Source of the DNA: a bacterium
GTDB taxonomy: Bacteria; Patescibacteriota; Minisyncoccia; UBA6257; JAGOQP01
Direction of reading: 5' to 3'
Length of the DNA: 64,000 nucleotides
NCBI GenBank assembly: GCA_021812345.1
Contig: JAKANP010000001.1
Location: 54,979 to 118,978, forward strand
Shown here piece after piece: positions 1-8,975 of this stretch. Within the stretch, counting starts at the first letter, position 1; each line of letters opens with the position of its first letter. The notes beneath the pieces were generated by a model. That model was given only the letters and a program-made list of their open reading frames with translations, was not told where the DNA came from and did no database searches. Both the position numbers and the translations under genes were made by a program.

Positions 1-135
1 AAAAAATATTCTCAGTTAAAGCCGATAAAACAAGGATACGGAGTTTCGATTATTTCCACACCGAAGGGGATAATGTCTGACGCGCAGGCCAAAAAAGAAA
101 AAGTCGGAGGAGAAGTATTATTTAATATTTGGTAA
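1..135 (+). CDS. rpsH: 30S ribosomal protein S8, C-terminal fragment (5' end lies outside the window)
   Basis: Frame 1 translates to ...[33 protein letters not shown], a typical S8 C-terminus. It is followed by rplF as in spc operons. Confidence 0.88.
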   Translation, partial: KKYSQLKPIKQGYGVSIISTPKGIMSDAQAKKEKVGGEVLFNIW

Positions 136-137
136 AT

Positions 138-689
138 ATGTCTAGATTAGGAAAAAAACCCATAACTATTCCAAACGGAGTAAAAGTTGAAACTTTCGGA
201 GAAAATATTAACTTTGTCGGTCCCAAAGGAACGGTTAAAGTTAAACTTCTTCCCGGAGTTAATTTTGACATTAAAGATGGAAATATTGTTATTTCTCCAA
301 AAAATGAAACCAAACAAAATTTGATGAATTGGGGAACTATATGGTCTCATTCAAATAATGCCATTGAAGGAGTAACTGCCGGATTTTCAAAAGGACTTGA
401 AATAGAAGGCGTTGGTTTTAAAATTTCTGTCGAAGGGAAAAATCTGGTTTTGAAAGTCGGTTTTTCTCATTTGGTTAATTTCCCGATTCCCGAAGGAATT
501 TTAATTGAGGTTGAAAAGAATAAAATCAAAGTTTCAGGAATAGATAAGCAGCAAGTCGGACATATTGCCGCCAGCATAAGAAAAATTAAAAAACCCGAGC
601 CGTATCTTGGAAAAGGAATTCGCTATGAAGGCGAAATAATAAGGAAAAAAGCCGGTAAGAAAGCGGGAGCGGCAACATCAACTAAATAA
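138..689 (+). CDS. rplF: 50S ribosomal protein L6
   Basis: MSRLGKKPITIPNGVKV... is the L6 signature N-terminus. ATG at 138 is preferred over the TTG at 129 in the ORF track. Position is the spc-operon order. Confidence 0.9.
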   Translation: MSRLGKKPITIPNGVKVETFGENINFVGPKGTVKVKLLPGVNFDIKDGNIVISPKNETKQNLMNWGTIWSHSNNAIEGVTAGFSKGLEIEGVGFKISVEGKNLVLKVGFSHLVNFPIPEGILIEVEKNKIKVSGIDKQQVGHIAASIRKIKKPEPYLGKGIRYEGEIIRKKAGKKAGAATSTK

Positions 690-697
690 TAAAATCC

Positions 698-1051
698 ATG
701 AATTTCAGAAAAAAAACAAACAATTTAAAATCCAAGAGAGCTAATCGCGTAAGAGCGAAAATTTTTGGGACTTCAAAAAAACCAAGACTTTCTGTTTTTA
801 AGAGCAACAATTATATTTACCTTCAAGCCATAGATGATGATTCTCAAAAAACTATTTTTAGCATTTCGAGCCGACAATTGGAAAAGAAACTGAAGAAAAA
901 TGAAGCTGCTAAAATTATAGGAGAAAAAATGGCAAAGATGGCCAAAGACAAGAAAATAAGCGAAGCTATTTTCGATAGAGGAAGATATAAATATCATGGA
1001 ATAGTCAAACAAATTGCCGAAGAATCAAGAAAAAACGGATTAAAAATATAA
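698..1051 (+). CDS. rplR: 50S ribosomal protein L18
   Basis: 117-aa basic protein with the L18-like N-terminal KRANRVRAKI motif. It lies between L6 and S5. Confidence 0.88.
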   Translation: MNFRKKTNNLKSKRANRVRAKIFGTSKKPRLSVFKSNNYIYLQAIDDDSQKTIFSISSRQLEKKLKKNEAAKIIGEKMAKMAKDKKISEAIFDRGRYKYHGIVKQIAEESRKNGLKI

Positions 1052-1070
1052 TTAGTTTTTATAAAAATAA

Positions 1071-1550
1071 ATGTCATTTCAAAAAGGACAAAAAGGCGGA
1101 GGAAAATTTACTCCCAAAAAAAGCGAATACAAAGAAAAAACTCTTGATTTAAGAAGAGTTACTCGTGTCGTTGCCGGCGGTAAAAGATTTTCATTCAGGT
1201 GCACCCTGGTTATTGGAGATGAAAAAGGCAAAGTTGCCGTTGGAATAGCCAAAGGTCAGGATGTTGCGCAGGCCATTGATAAAGCCAGAAACGACGCCAA
1301 AAAGAATATGATAAGGGTTCCATTAAATGGAACGACTTTATCTCATGAAGTTGATGCTAAATTTTCGGCTGCTAAAGTTTTAATCAAACCGTCTTCAAAA
1401 GGTTCCGGACTTAAAGCCGGAGGAGCGGTCCGTGTTGTTTTGCTTATGGCCGGAATAAAAGACGCTTCGGCAAAATGTCTTGGAAGAACAAAAAACAAAC
1501 TAACCAATGCTTTAGCTACCGTAGAGGCGTTAAAAAAATTAAAATCCTAA
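1071..1550 (+). CDS. rpsE: 30S ribosomal protein S5
   Basis: RVTRVVAGGKRFSFRCTLVIGDEKGKVAVGIAKG and GLKAGGAVRVVL are S5 signature regions. Confidence 0.92.
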   Translation: MSFQKGQKGGGKFTPKKSEYKEKTLDLRRVTRVVAGGKRFSFRCTLVIGDEKGKVAVGIAKGQDVAQAIDKARNDAKKNMIRVPLNGTTLSHEVDAKFSAAKVLIKPSSKGSGLKAGGAVRVVLLMAGIKDASAKCLGRTKNKLTNALATVEALKKLKS

Positions 1551-1553
1551 AAT

Positions 1554-1958
1554 ATGCGACTTAACGAATTAAAACCAAAAACAAATAGGGATAAAATAAA
1601 ACGAATCGGAAGAGGGGGTAAAAGAGGAACTTATTCCGGGAGAGGTCAAAAAGGACAAAAAGCAAGAGCCGGAAGAAATATTCGTCCCGGATTAAGAGAT
1701 ATTATCATTCGCACCCCTAAATTAAGAGGGTTTAAAAACAAACCCAAATCATTAAAAATGATTGCGGTTAGTTTGAGCAAGATAGATAAAATGTCGGAGC
1801 AGGAAATCAATGTTGAAGTTTTGAAAAAATACGGAATAAAGTATCCGGTAAAAATTGTCGGAAATGAAAAAATGCAGTCCGCTAAAAATATATCGGGTAT
1901 AAAAATTTCTTCTTCGGCTAAAAAAATAATTGAATCTGCCGGAGGGAGCGTTAAATAA
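1554..1958 (+). CDS. rplO: 50S ribosomal protein L15 (immediately after S5, no L30 gene between)
   Basis: MRLNELKPKTNRDKIKRIGRGGKRGTYSGRGQKGQKARAG is the L15 N-terminus. It starts 4 nt after the rpsE stop. Confidence 0.9.
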   Translation: MRLNELKPKTNRDKIKRIGRGGKRGTYSGRGQKGQKARAGRNIRPGLRDIIIRTPKLRGFKNKPKSLKMIAVSLSKIDKMSEQEINVEVLKKYGIKYPVKIVGNEKMQSAKNISGIKISSSAKKIIESAGGSVK

Positions 1959-1962
1959 AGCA

Positions 1963-3234
1963 ATGTCAAAAATAGCCCAACTTTTTAAGATAAAAGATTT
2001 GAGATTCCGCATTTTGATAGTTTCGATGTGGCTGGTTGTTTTTAGAATCTTAGCCGCTATTCCGATTCCTGACGTTGATATAACCAGATTAAAAAACTTT
2101 TTTGAAAATAATCAGTTGTTTGGTTTTTTAAATGTCTTTTCCGGAGGCGGACTTTCCAATCTTTCGGTTGCCATGTTGGCTGTCGGCCCTTACATAACCG
2201 CCACAATCATCATGCAACTTTTGACAATGATCTTTCCTCGATTAAAAGAGATCTACTACGAAGAGGGAGCTTTGGGGAGGGCTAAATTTAATCGTATTTC
2301 AAAATACATAACCGTTCCTTTGGCTTTTTTGCAAGGATACGGATTTTTAAATTTATTGGCTTCTCAGGGAGTTATTGGTCATCTTGGCGCTTTACAGCTT
2401 TTTCAGGAATCTTTAATCATCACTGCCGGTTCTATGGTTTTGACTTGGATAGGAGATCTGATTACCGAACAAAATTTAGGCAATGGAATTTCATTGATAA
2501 TCTTTGCCGGTATTGTGAGCCGATTGCCAACCACTATTCAGCAAGCAATTGCCACTTTTGATATGTCTGTTTTGACCAGTTATTTGATGTTTGCCGTTTT
2601 GGCGGTTGTAGTTATCGCCGGAGTTGTTTTTGTTAATGAAGGAGAGAGAAAAGTTTCAATAACTTATGCTAAAAGAGTAAGGGGAAACAAAGTTTACGGG
2701 GGAGCCACCAGCTACCTGCCGCTGAGAGTCAATCAGGCGGGAGTTATTCCGATTATTTTTGCCATTTCAGTTTTACTTTTCCCTCAATTTTTTGCTCAGG
2801 CATCGGCTATATTTTCCAAAAATTTTTCACTGGAAGCAACCAATTTTGTAAACAATATATTTAATAATCAATATATTTACGCCGCCATTTATTTTGTTTT
2901 GGTTGTTTTGTTTACTTATTTTTACACCGCAGTTACTTTTGACCCCAAAGAAATATCGAAGAACTTGCAAAACTCGGGAGGATTTATTTTAGGTATAAGA
3001 CCCGGAGAATCAACTTCCGCCTATCTTTCTAAAATTATAAATAGAATTACATTATGGGGAGCTATTTTCTTGGGAGTTCTGGCTATATTGCCGAACATTA
3101 CCAGAATAGTTACCGGCATAACAATATTTTCTCTTGGAGGAACAGCGCTTTTAATCGTCGTTTCTGTCGCTATTGAAGTTCTAAGACAGGTCAACTCTCA
3201 ATTAGTGATGAGAGAATACGAAGGGTTTGAATAA
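1963..3234 (+). CDS. secY: preprotein translocase subunit SecY
   Basis: 10-TM protein with SecY motifs (GGGLSNLSVAMLAVGPYITATIIMQLL, NEGERKVSITYAKR). ATG at 1963 is chosen, 5 nt after the rplO stop. Confidence 0.92.
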   Translation: MSKIAQLFKIKDLRFRILIVSMWLVVFRILAAIPIPDVDITRLKNFFENNQLFGFLNVFSGGGLSNLSVAMLAVGPYITATIIMQLLTMIFPRLKEIYYEEGALGRAKFNRISKYITVPLAFLQGYGFLNLLASQGVIGHLGALQLFQESLIITAGSMVLTWIGDLITEQNLGNGISLIIFAGIVSRLPTTIQQAIATFDMSVLTSYLMFAVLAVVVIAGVVFVNEGERKVSITYAKRVRGNKVYGGATSYLPLRVNQAGVIPIIFAISVLLFPQFFAQASAIFSKNFSLEATNFVNNIFNNQYIYAAIYFVLVVLFTYFYTAVTFDPKEISKNLQNSGGFILGIRPGESTSAYLSKIINRITLWGAIFLGVLAILPNITRIVTGITIFSLGGTALLIVVSVAIEVLRQVNSQLVMREYEGFE

Positions 3235-3261
3235 AATTAAATATTTGAAAATAAATTTAAT

Positions 3262-3283
3262 ACCGGCGCTAGCCGGTTTTTTA
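3262..3283 (+). terminator. Rho-independent terminator after secY (hairpin accggcgctagccggt plus T-run)
   Basis: A perfect 6-bp GC-rich inverted repeat with a 4-nt loop is followed by TTTTTT. Confidence 0.45.
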
Positions 3284-3342
3284 TCGCAATATTAAATCAA
3301 AATTTAATGCCATCGTTATTGATTGTGTTGTTTTTAAATAAA

Positions 3343-3383
3343 TTGACGAATTTTTTGGATTTAATTTGAATTTAGTGTAAAAT
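3343..3383 (+). promoter_or_regulatory. Possible sigma70-like promoter for adk (TTGACG -35 and an extended -10 TGTAAAAT)
   Basis: TTGACG at 3343-3348 and TGnTAAAAT at 3376-3383. The second element ends about 7 nt before the adk ATG, so the mRNA could be leaderless. This rests on sequence resemblance only. Confidence 0.2.
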
Positions 3384-3389
3384 GTCTCT

Positions 3390-4103
3390 ATGTCTAATTT
3401 ACCATCAAATCAAAAAGTGGTCGTTGTCATGGGACCGCCCGGTTCGGGAAAAGGAACTCAAGCAAATCTTATAGCCGGGAAACTTAATCTTTACCATCTT
3501 GATACGGGAAAGTTTCTTGAGGAATTAGTCCATGACCCAAAACTTCAAAACAACCCGGAGGTTCAAAAGGAAAGAGAAAATTTTGACGGAGGAATTTTGG
3601 TAAGCCCAATTTTCTTTTTAAAATGGGTTACTGAAAAAATAAATGAATTATACAAAAATGGCGAAGGAATAATTTTCAGCGGATCGCCCAGGACTATGCT
3701 TGAAGGTTTTGGGGACGAGGGTCATAAGGGGCTTATGGATGTGTTGGAGCAAGATTATGGAAGAGAAAATATACTCATCTTTCTTCTTCAAATTCCTGAC
3801 GAGGAATCAATAAGAAGAAACAGTTCGAGATTGATTTGTTCGGTTTGCGGCAATGCGATGATAAGCGCTCTTAATTTGAATTTGCCTCAATGCCCGGTTT
3901 GTGGAGGAGCGTTTAGGAAAAGAACGCTGGACAAGTCGGATGTTATAAAAGTTCGTTTGGAAGAATATAGAAACAGAACATTTCCGGTTGTTGCGGAATT
4001 GGAAAAACGCGGGTTTGTGGTTAATAGAATCGACGGCACTCCGATGCCGTATAAAGTTTTTGAGAACATCACTTCAATTATCAATGATATTTTTAAAAAG
4101 TAA
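3390..4103 (+). CDS. adk: adenylate kinase with Cys4 zinc-lid
   Basis: GPPGSGKGTQ P-loop. LID with CSVCG...CPVCGG. Confidence 0.9.
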   Translation: MSNLPSNQKVVVVMGPPGSGKGTQANLIAGKLNLYHLDTGKFLEELVHDPKLQNNPEVQKERENFDGGILVSPIFFLKWVTEKINELYKNGEGIIFSGSPRTMLEGFGDEGHKGLMDVLEQDYGRENILIFLLQIPDEESIRRNSSRLICSVCGNAMISALNLNLPQCPVCGGAFRKRTLDKSDVIKVRLEEYRNRTFPVVAELEKRGFVVNRIDGTPMPYKVFENITSIINDIFKK

Positions 4104-4842
4104 GGAAGAAATAGAAATTTTGAAAGAATCGGGTAAAATTCTTTCATCGATATTAAAGACTTTAAAAAAGAAAGCGCTTGTTGGCGTCAACCTTCTTGAG
4201 CTTGAAGATTTATCGAGAAAAATGACAAAAGAGTTAGGGGCCAGGCCGTCGTTTTTGGGATATAAGCCGGATGGCGCCGACAGACCTTATCCGGCGGCTC
4301 TTTGTTTGTCTTTGAATGAAGTTATCGTTCATGGCGTTCCTAAAAATTACCAATTAAAATCGGGAGACATTCTAAAAATAGATATGGGAGTTGTTTATGA
4401 AGGAATGTATACGGATTCGGCTGTTACTGTCGGTATTGGCGAAGTTTCGTCTGTAGCAAAAAAACTTATGAATTCTACAAAAAAAGCTCTTGATGAAGCA
4501 ATTAAAATGGTAAAAATCGGAAGACATATAGGAGATATAGGATGTGTCGTAGAAAAAAGAGCGGATAAAGATGGTTTCGAGGTTATAAAAAATCTTACCG
4601 GACACGGAGTCGGTTATGAGGTTCATGAAGATCCGGTTATTTTAAATTTTGGGAGAAAAAACACCGGACCGGAGATAAAAGAAGGGATGGTTCTTGCCAT
4701 AGAGCCGATGTTCAGTATTTCAAGCGATCAGATTGTTCAAAACCAAGATGAGAGCTATTCATCCGCTGATGGGAGTTTGACCGCCCAATTTGAACACACT
4801 ATTGCGGTTACAAAAAATAAGATTATCGTTTTGACGGAGTAG
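4084..4842 (+). CDS. map: methionine aminopeptidase type I
   Basis: Pita-bread fold motifs (VIVHGVP, DIGCVV..GHGVG.EVHEDP, LAIEPM). The ATG at 4084 overlaps the adk 3' end by 20 nt and is preferred to the upstream alternative start in the ORF track. Confidence 0.87.
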   Translation: MIFLKSKEEIEILKESGKILSSILKTLKKKALVGVNLLELEDLSRKMTKELGARPSFLGYKPDGADRPYPAALCLSLNEVIVHGVPKNYQLKSGDILKIDMGVVYEGMYTDSAVTVGIGEVSSVAKKLMNSTKKALDEAIKMVKIGRHIGDIGCVVEKRADKDGFEVIKNLTGHGVGYEVHEDPVILNFGRKNTGPEIKEGMVLAIEPMFSISSDQIVQNQDESYSSADGSLTAQFEHTIAVTKNKIIVLTE

Positions 4843-4887
4843 TTATAGATTTTATTTTTTTAATATTTTTTGTGATACAATTGTTTT

Positions 4888-6159
4888 ATGAATTATTTTT
4901 ACGCCACCATGGTATCGGTCGTAGGAACAAATTTTATTAATTTTTTTAGCTCTGTTTTTGAAGCAATGTCCTTAAAAGACGTGGCTGATATTTTTTTAAC
5001 TGCCTTGATTATAGGAGGTTTTTTGTGGCTTTTTAAAAAAACTAAAAGTGTTTCTTTGGCTTTAACTTCTATTATCGGTTTTATAATATTTTATTCTGTT
5101 GCTTATTGGCTCAATCTTTACACGGTTTTAAGTATTGCTAATGCTTTTTTGGGAAGCATTGTCGTTATTTTAGTAATTGTTTTCCAAAAAGAATTAAGAC
5201 GTTTTGTCGAGTGGATAGATATTTCTGCCATCAGAAAGAGATTCTCAAAAAATATAAAAGACCAAAAAATTTCCGGAGCTAAAGACGTGATTGATGTTTT
5301 GGCTTCAACTTTTTTTACGATGGCAAAAAGAAAAATAGGAGGATTAATTGTTTTTCCAGGAATAGAGTCAATAAGTTCTTTTGTAAGCGGAGGATTTGAT
5401 TTGGATGGAAAAATTTCCGAGCCGTTGCTTTTGAGTATTTTTGACACCTCATCTCCCGGACATGACGGGGCAATAATTGTAGAGCAAGATGTGATAAAAA
5501 AATTTGGAGTCGTTTTGCCACTATCGGAAAGAGATGATTATGAAAAATTAAAACATCTTGGAACTCGTCATCGATCGGCTCTCGGACTTTCTGAAAGAAC
5601 CGACGCTCTTTGCGTGATTGTTTCTGAAGAAAAAGGAAGAGTTTCTTTGGCTTTTGACGGAGCGATTGAAGTTGTCGAATCTCCGGAAGATTTAAAAAAT
5701 AAATTAAAGACGTTTTTGAATGTTTCCGATACTAACGCCTCAAAATCGAGATTGTTAAGCGCTCAATTATTTTCAAAAATAAGAAAAAATATACCCAATG
5801 CGTTACTGGCATTGTTTTTGGCTTTAATTTTCTGGCTTTTTATAAGTTATCCTCAGCTTGGTATAATTCAAAAAGATATTTTAGCTCCGGTAGTATTTAC
5901 TAATGTCCCCGATAATGCCACTATTGACCGACTGACATATTCTCAAGTGGACCTGACTTTTTTGGGGGCGGAAAAAGATTTCCAATTGCTTGGAACAAAT
6001 AATATAAAAGCGGTGGTTGATATATCAAGTAAAGTTAATAATACGACTACTCAATATTTGTCGGTTTATCTTAAGCCGGATAATATACAATACCCGCCAT
6101 CCTTGAAATTGATCAAGATAGATCCCAGTCAGATAGAATTTAGAATTAATTTCAAATAA
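4888..6159 (+). CDS. cdaA: diadenylate cyclase CdaA fused to a C-terminal TM + YbbR/CdaR-like domain
   Basis: Three N-terminal TM helices. DAC domain with DGA (HDGAIIV) and RHR (GTRHRSALG) motifs. A fourth TM follows, then a beta-rich YbbR-like segment (...VVFTNVPDN..IDRLTYSQVDLTFLGAEKD...). Confidence 0.8.
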   Translation: MNYFYATMVSVVGTNFINFFSSVFEAMSLKDVADIFLTALIIGGFLWLFKKTKSVSLALTSIIGFIIFYSVAYWLNLYTVLSIANAFLGSIVVILVIVFQKELRRFVEWIDISAIRKRFSKNIKDQKISGAKDVIDVLASTFFTMAKRKIGGLIVFPGIESISSFVSGGFDLDGKISEPLLLSIFDTSSPGHDGAIIVEQDVIKKFGVVLPLSERDDYEKLKHLGTRHRSALGLSERTDALCVIVSEEKGRVSLAFDGAIEVVESPEDLKNKLKTFLNVSDTNASKSRLLSAQLFSKIRKNIPNALLALFLALIFWLFISYPQLGIIQKDILAPVVFTNVPDNATIDRLTYSQVDLTFLGAEKDFQLLGTNNIKAVVDISSKVNNTTTQYLSVYLKPDNIQYPPSLKLIKIDPSQIEFRINFK

Positions 6160-6162
6160 TTT

Positions 6163-6912
6163 ATGGATTTAAAGCCGTATCTTTCGGTCATTATTCCCGC
6201 CTATAATGAATCAAGAAGATTGCCCCTTACATTAATTGACGTCGATAAGCACTTACAGAACGTTCCATTTAATTACGAAATTATTGTCGTTGATAATAAC
6301 TCTAAAGATGCCACAAAGGAGATAGCTTTAAGATTCTCTTCAATTATAAAAAATCTTAAGGTTTTTGAATGCAAAACTCAAGGAAAAGGAGCGGCGGTGA
6401 AAACCGGCATGGAACAGGCCAAGGGGCAAATAAGACTGTTTTTGGATGCCGACAATTCGGTTTCTATTGATCATTTTTTTAAAATGAAGCATTTTTTTGA
6501 TGAGGGCTATGACGTGGTTATTGCCTCAAGAAATATTCAGGGATCAAAAACCGATCCTCCTCAACCTTGGTACAGAATTTTTTTGGGAATTTTGGGGAAT
6601 GCTTTTATAAGAATTATTCTTTTGCGCGGAATTAAAGATACTCAATGCGGATTTAAAATTTTTAGCGAAAAGGCGGCATCAAAAATTTTTTTGTTAACGG
6701 ATATTTCAGGATGGGGATTTGATATTGAAGTTCTGTCTCTTGCAAAAGATATGGGATTTAAAATAAAAGAAGCTCCTGTTTTATGGATTAATTCGTCCGG
6801 ATCAAAACTCGGTCCCGGAGCCTATTTTCAGGCGCTTTTTGATGCAATAAAAATAAAATCAAGAATGATTTCAAAGTATTATCTTAAAAAATCATCAAAA
6901 ATCAGGGCTTAA
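6163..6912 (+). CDS. GT2 family glycosyltransferase (polyprenol-phosphate sugar synthase-like, DPM1/ArnC/GtrB type)
   Basis: LSVIIPAYNES...IIVVDNNSKDAT...DAD are GT-A DXD-family signatures. Confidence 0.8.
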   Translation: MDLKPYLSVIIPAYNESRRLPLTLIDVDKHLQNVPFNYEIIVVDNNSKDATKEIALRFSSIIKNLKVFECKTQGKGAAVKTGMEQAKGQIRLFLDADNSVSIDHFFKMKHFFDEGYDVVIASRNIQGSKTDPPQPWYRIFLGILGNAFIRIILLRGIKDTQCGFKIFSEKAASKIFLLTDISGWGFDIEVLSLAKDMGFKIKEAPVLWINSSGSKLGPGAYFQALFDAIKIKSRMISKYYLKKSSKIRA

Positions 6913-6980
6913 CTTTACTTTTTTCAAATAACGAGTATAGTATCTGATTGTAAAATTATTAAGCATTAATTAAATGAATT

Positions 6981-7442
6981 ATGCCAGAACAATTTTTGAG
7001 CAAAGAAAAAGTTGAAGAATTAAAAAAACATCTTAAAGAACTTCAAACTACCGAAAGATTTAAAATAGCCGAACGGCTTAAAAGGGCAAAAGAACACGGA
7101 GATTTATCGGAAAATTTTGAATATTCTCAGGCGAAGGAAGATCAGGATAAGTTGGAAAGAGAAATTTTTGATTTGGAAATACTTTTGAAAGACGCCAAAA
7201 TCATCACCAAACCCAAGAATAAAAATGCGGTAAATGTCGGATTGGCGGTAACCGTAAAAAATAAAGGCAAAGAGATTGTCTTTACTATTGTCGGCTCACA
7301 AGATGCCGATCCGATGCAAAATAAAATTTCAAATGTTTCTCCGTTGGGCAGAGCTCTTTTGGGTAAAAAAATTGGAGATAAAGTTAAATTCAAAACTCCA
7401 AAAGGAATGGAGATTGACTACGAAATATTAAATATTGAATAA
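6981..7442 (+). CDS. greA: transcription elongation factor GreA
   Basis: 153 aa. N-terminal coiled coil with the conserved HGDLSENFEYSQAKEDQ acidic tip. C-terminal FKBP-like domain. Confidence 0.85.
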   Translation: MPEQFLSKEKVEELKKHLKELQTTERFKIAERLKRAKEHGDLSENFEYSQAKEDQDKLEREIFDLEILLKDAKIITKPKNKNAVNVGLAVTVKNKGKEIVFTIVGSQDADPMQNKISNVSPLGRALLGKKIGDKVKFKTPKGMEIDYEILNIE

Positions 7443-7460
7443 TTTTATATCTTAAACAAT

Positions 7461-7490
7461 GGCGGGGCTTTAAAAATCCCCGCTTTTTGT
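7461..7490 (+). terminator. Rho-independent terminator after greA
   Basis: ggcgggg cttt aaaaa tccccgc followed by TTTTTGTT. Confidence 0.5.
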
Positions 7491-7502
7491 TATAATAAAA
7501 AA

Positions 7503-8954
7503 ATGATTGATCAAATAATATCCGACAGATTAAAAAAGCTTGATAATTTGAAAAAAGAAGGGATAAATCCATATCCCATAAAATCCAAAAAAACCGTTTC
7601 AATAGGTGATTTTATATCCGAATTTAATTCCTTCAAAAAATCCGGTAAAAAAATATATTTAGTCGGAAGAATAAAAAGTTTGCGTGATCAAGGAAAAATA
7701 ATTTTTGTTGATGTTGAGGATTTTTCCGGAAGAATTCAGGCGATATTTAAAGACGAACAATTAAAAAATAATTTTAAACTTGTAAAAAATAATATTGACT
7801 TGGGAGATTTTATTCAAATTTTTGGCAAAGCAATGGTCTCAAAATCCGGTCAAAAAAGCGTTTTTGTTAATGATGTTGTTTTTTTGGCAAAATCATTAAG
7901 ACCGATACCCAAAGATTTTTATGGAATTGAAGATGTTGAATTGCGTTTAAGAAAAAGATATTTGGATTCCGTTATTGATTCGAAAGTAAGGGAAATTTTT
8001 GTTAAAAAATCTGTTTTTTGGAATTCGGTAAGATTGTTTTTAAATCAAGCCAATTTTTTGGAAGTTGATACTCCGGTATTGGAACAAACTCCCGGAGGCG
8101 CCGAAGCCGAGCCGTTTAAAACTCATCATAACGCTTTGGACGAAGATTTTTATCTTAGAATTTCTTTGGAAATTTCATTAAAAAAAATGTTGGTTGGAGG
8201 CTTTGAAAAAATATTTGAAATCGGAAGAATTTTCAGAAACGAAGGAATTGATGCCGAACATCTGCAAGATTATACCCAGTGCGAATTTTATTGGGCCTAT
8301 TCCGAATATAAAGAGTTGATGAAATTTACGGAAAAACTTTATAAATTTGTCATCAAAAAAACTGTCGGCTCTTTAATTACCGTTTACAAGGGAGAAAAAA
8401 TAAATTGGGGCAAAAAATGGAAAACAGTTGATTATTGCGACGCTTTTTATAAAGCCACCAATCTTGATCCGACAACGGCATCCAGAGACGCTCTACTTAA
8501 AAAAGCGCACGAGCTGAACATATTTGTCGAAGTTTCTTCCGGAAAGGGGAAGGTTATTGATCAAATATTCAAAAAAACAGTAAGACCAAAATTAATTCAG
8601 CCGACATTCTTAATAAATCCGCCGATTTTTATAGAGCCGCTGGCTAAAAAATCATCCGATAACCCGTTAAAAGTTGAAAGATTTCAAATAATGGCCGGAG
8701 GGACGGAATTGGGCAAAGGATTTTCCGAATTAAACGATCCATTGGATCAAAGAGAAAGATTTCAGGAACAAATGAATTTAAGAGCTCAAGGGGATTTGGA
8801 AGCTCAGCGTTTAGATGAAGATTTTTTGGAGGCTCTTGAATACGGTATGCCTCCGGCATCCGGTTTTGGATTTTCCGAGAGATTATTTGCCGTGATTATG
8901 GATAAGCCGGTGAGAGAAATAATATATTTCCCGCCGATGAAAAAGGAAAAATAA
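7503..8954 (+). CDS. lysS: lysyl-tRNA synthetase, class II
   Basis: N-terminal OB anticodon-binding domain. Class II motifs FRNEGIDAEHLQDYTQCEFYWAY and GGTELGKGFSELNDP...GFGFSERL. Confidence 0.85.
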   Translation: MIDQIISDRLKKLDNLKKEGINPYPIKSKKTVSIGDFISEFNSFKKSGKKIYLVGRIKSLRDQGKIIFVDVEDFSGRIQAIFKDEQLKNNFKLVKNNIDLGDFIQIFGKAMVSKSGQKSVFVNDVVFLAKSLRPIPKDFYGIEDVELRLRKRYLDSVIDSKVREIFVKKSVFWNSVRLFLNQANFLEVDTPVLEQTPGGAEAEPFKTHHNALDEDFYLRISLEISLKKMLVGGFEKIFEIGRIFRNEGIDAEHLQDYTQCEFYWAYSEYKELMKFTEKLYKFVIKKTVGSLITVYKGEKINWGKKWKTVDYCDAFYKATNLDPTTASRDALLKKAHELNIFVEVSSGKGKVIDQIFKKTVRPKLIQPTFLINPPIFIEPLAKKSSDNPLKVERFQIMAGGTELGKGFSELNDPLDQRERFQEQMNLRAQGDLEAQRLDEDFLEALEYGMPPASGFGFSERLFAVIMDKPVREIIYFPPMKKEK

Positions 8955-8975
8955 TTTTTTTATCGGTCTCAATAT

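Noticed and set aside
773-2012. Minus-strand ORFs antisense to ribosomal protein genes (773-1012, 1646-1969, 1752-2012)
   Set aside because: They are antisense to highly conserved ribosomal genes and have low-complexity F/I/L-rich translations typical of AT-rich antisense frames.
3988-4842. Long upstream start for map at 3988 (ORF track)
   Set aside because: That start would overlap adk by 116 nt in another frame. The ATG at 4084 gives a normal MetAP N-terminus and a 20-nt overlap typical of this genome.
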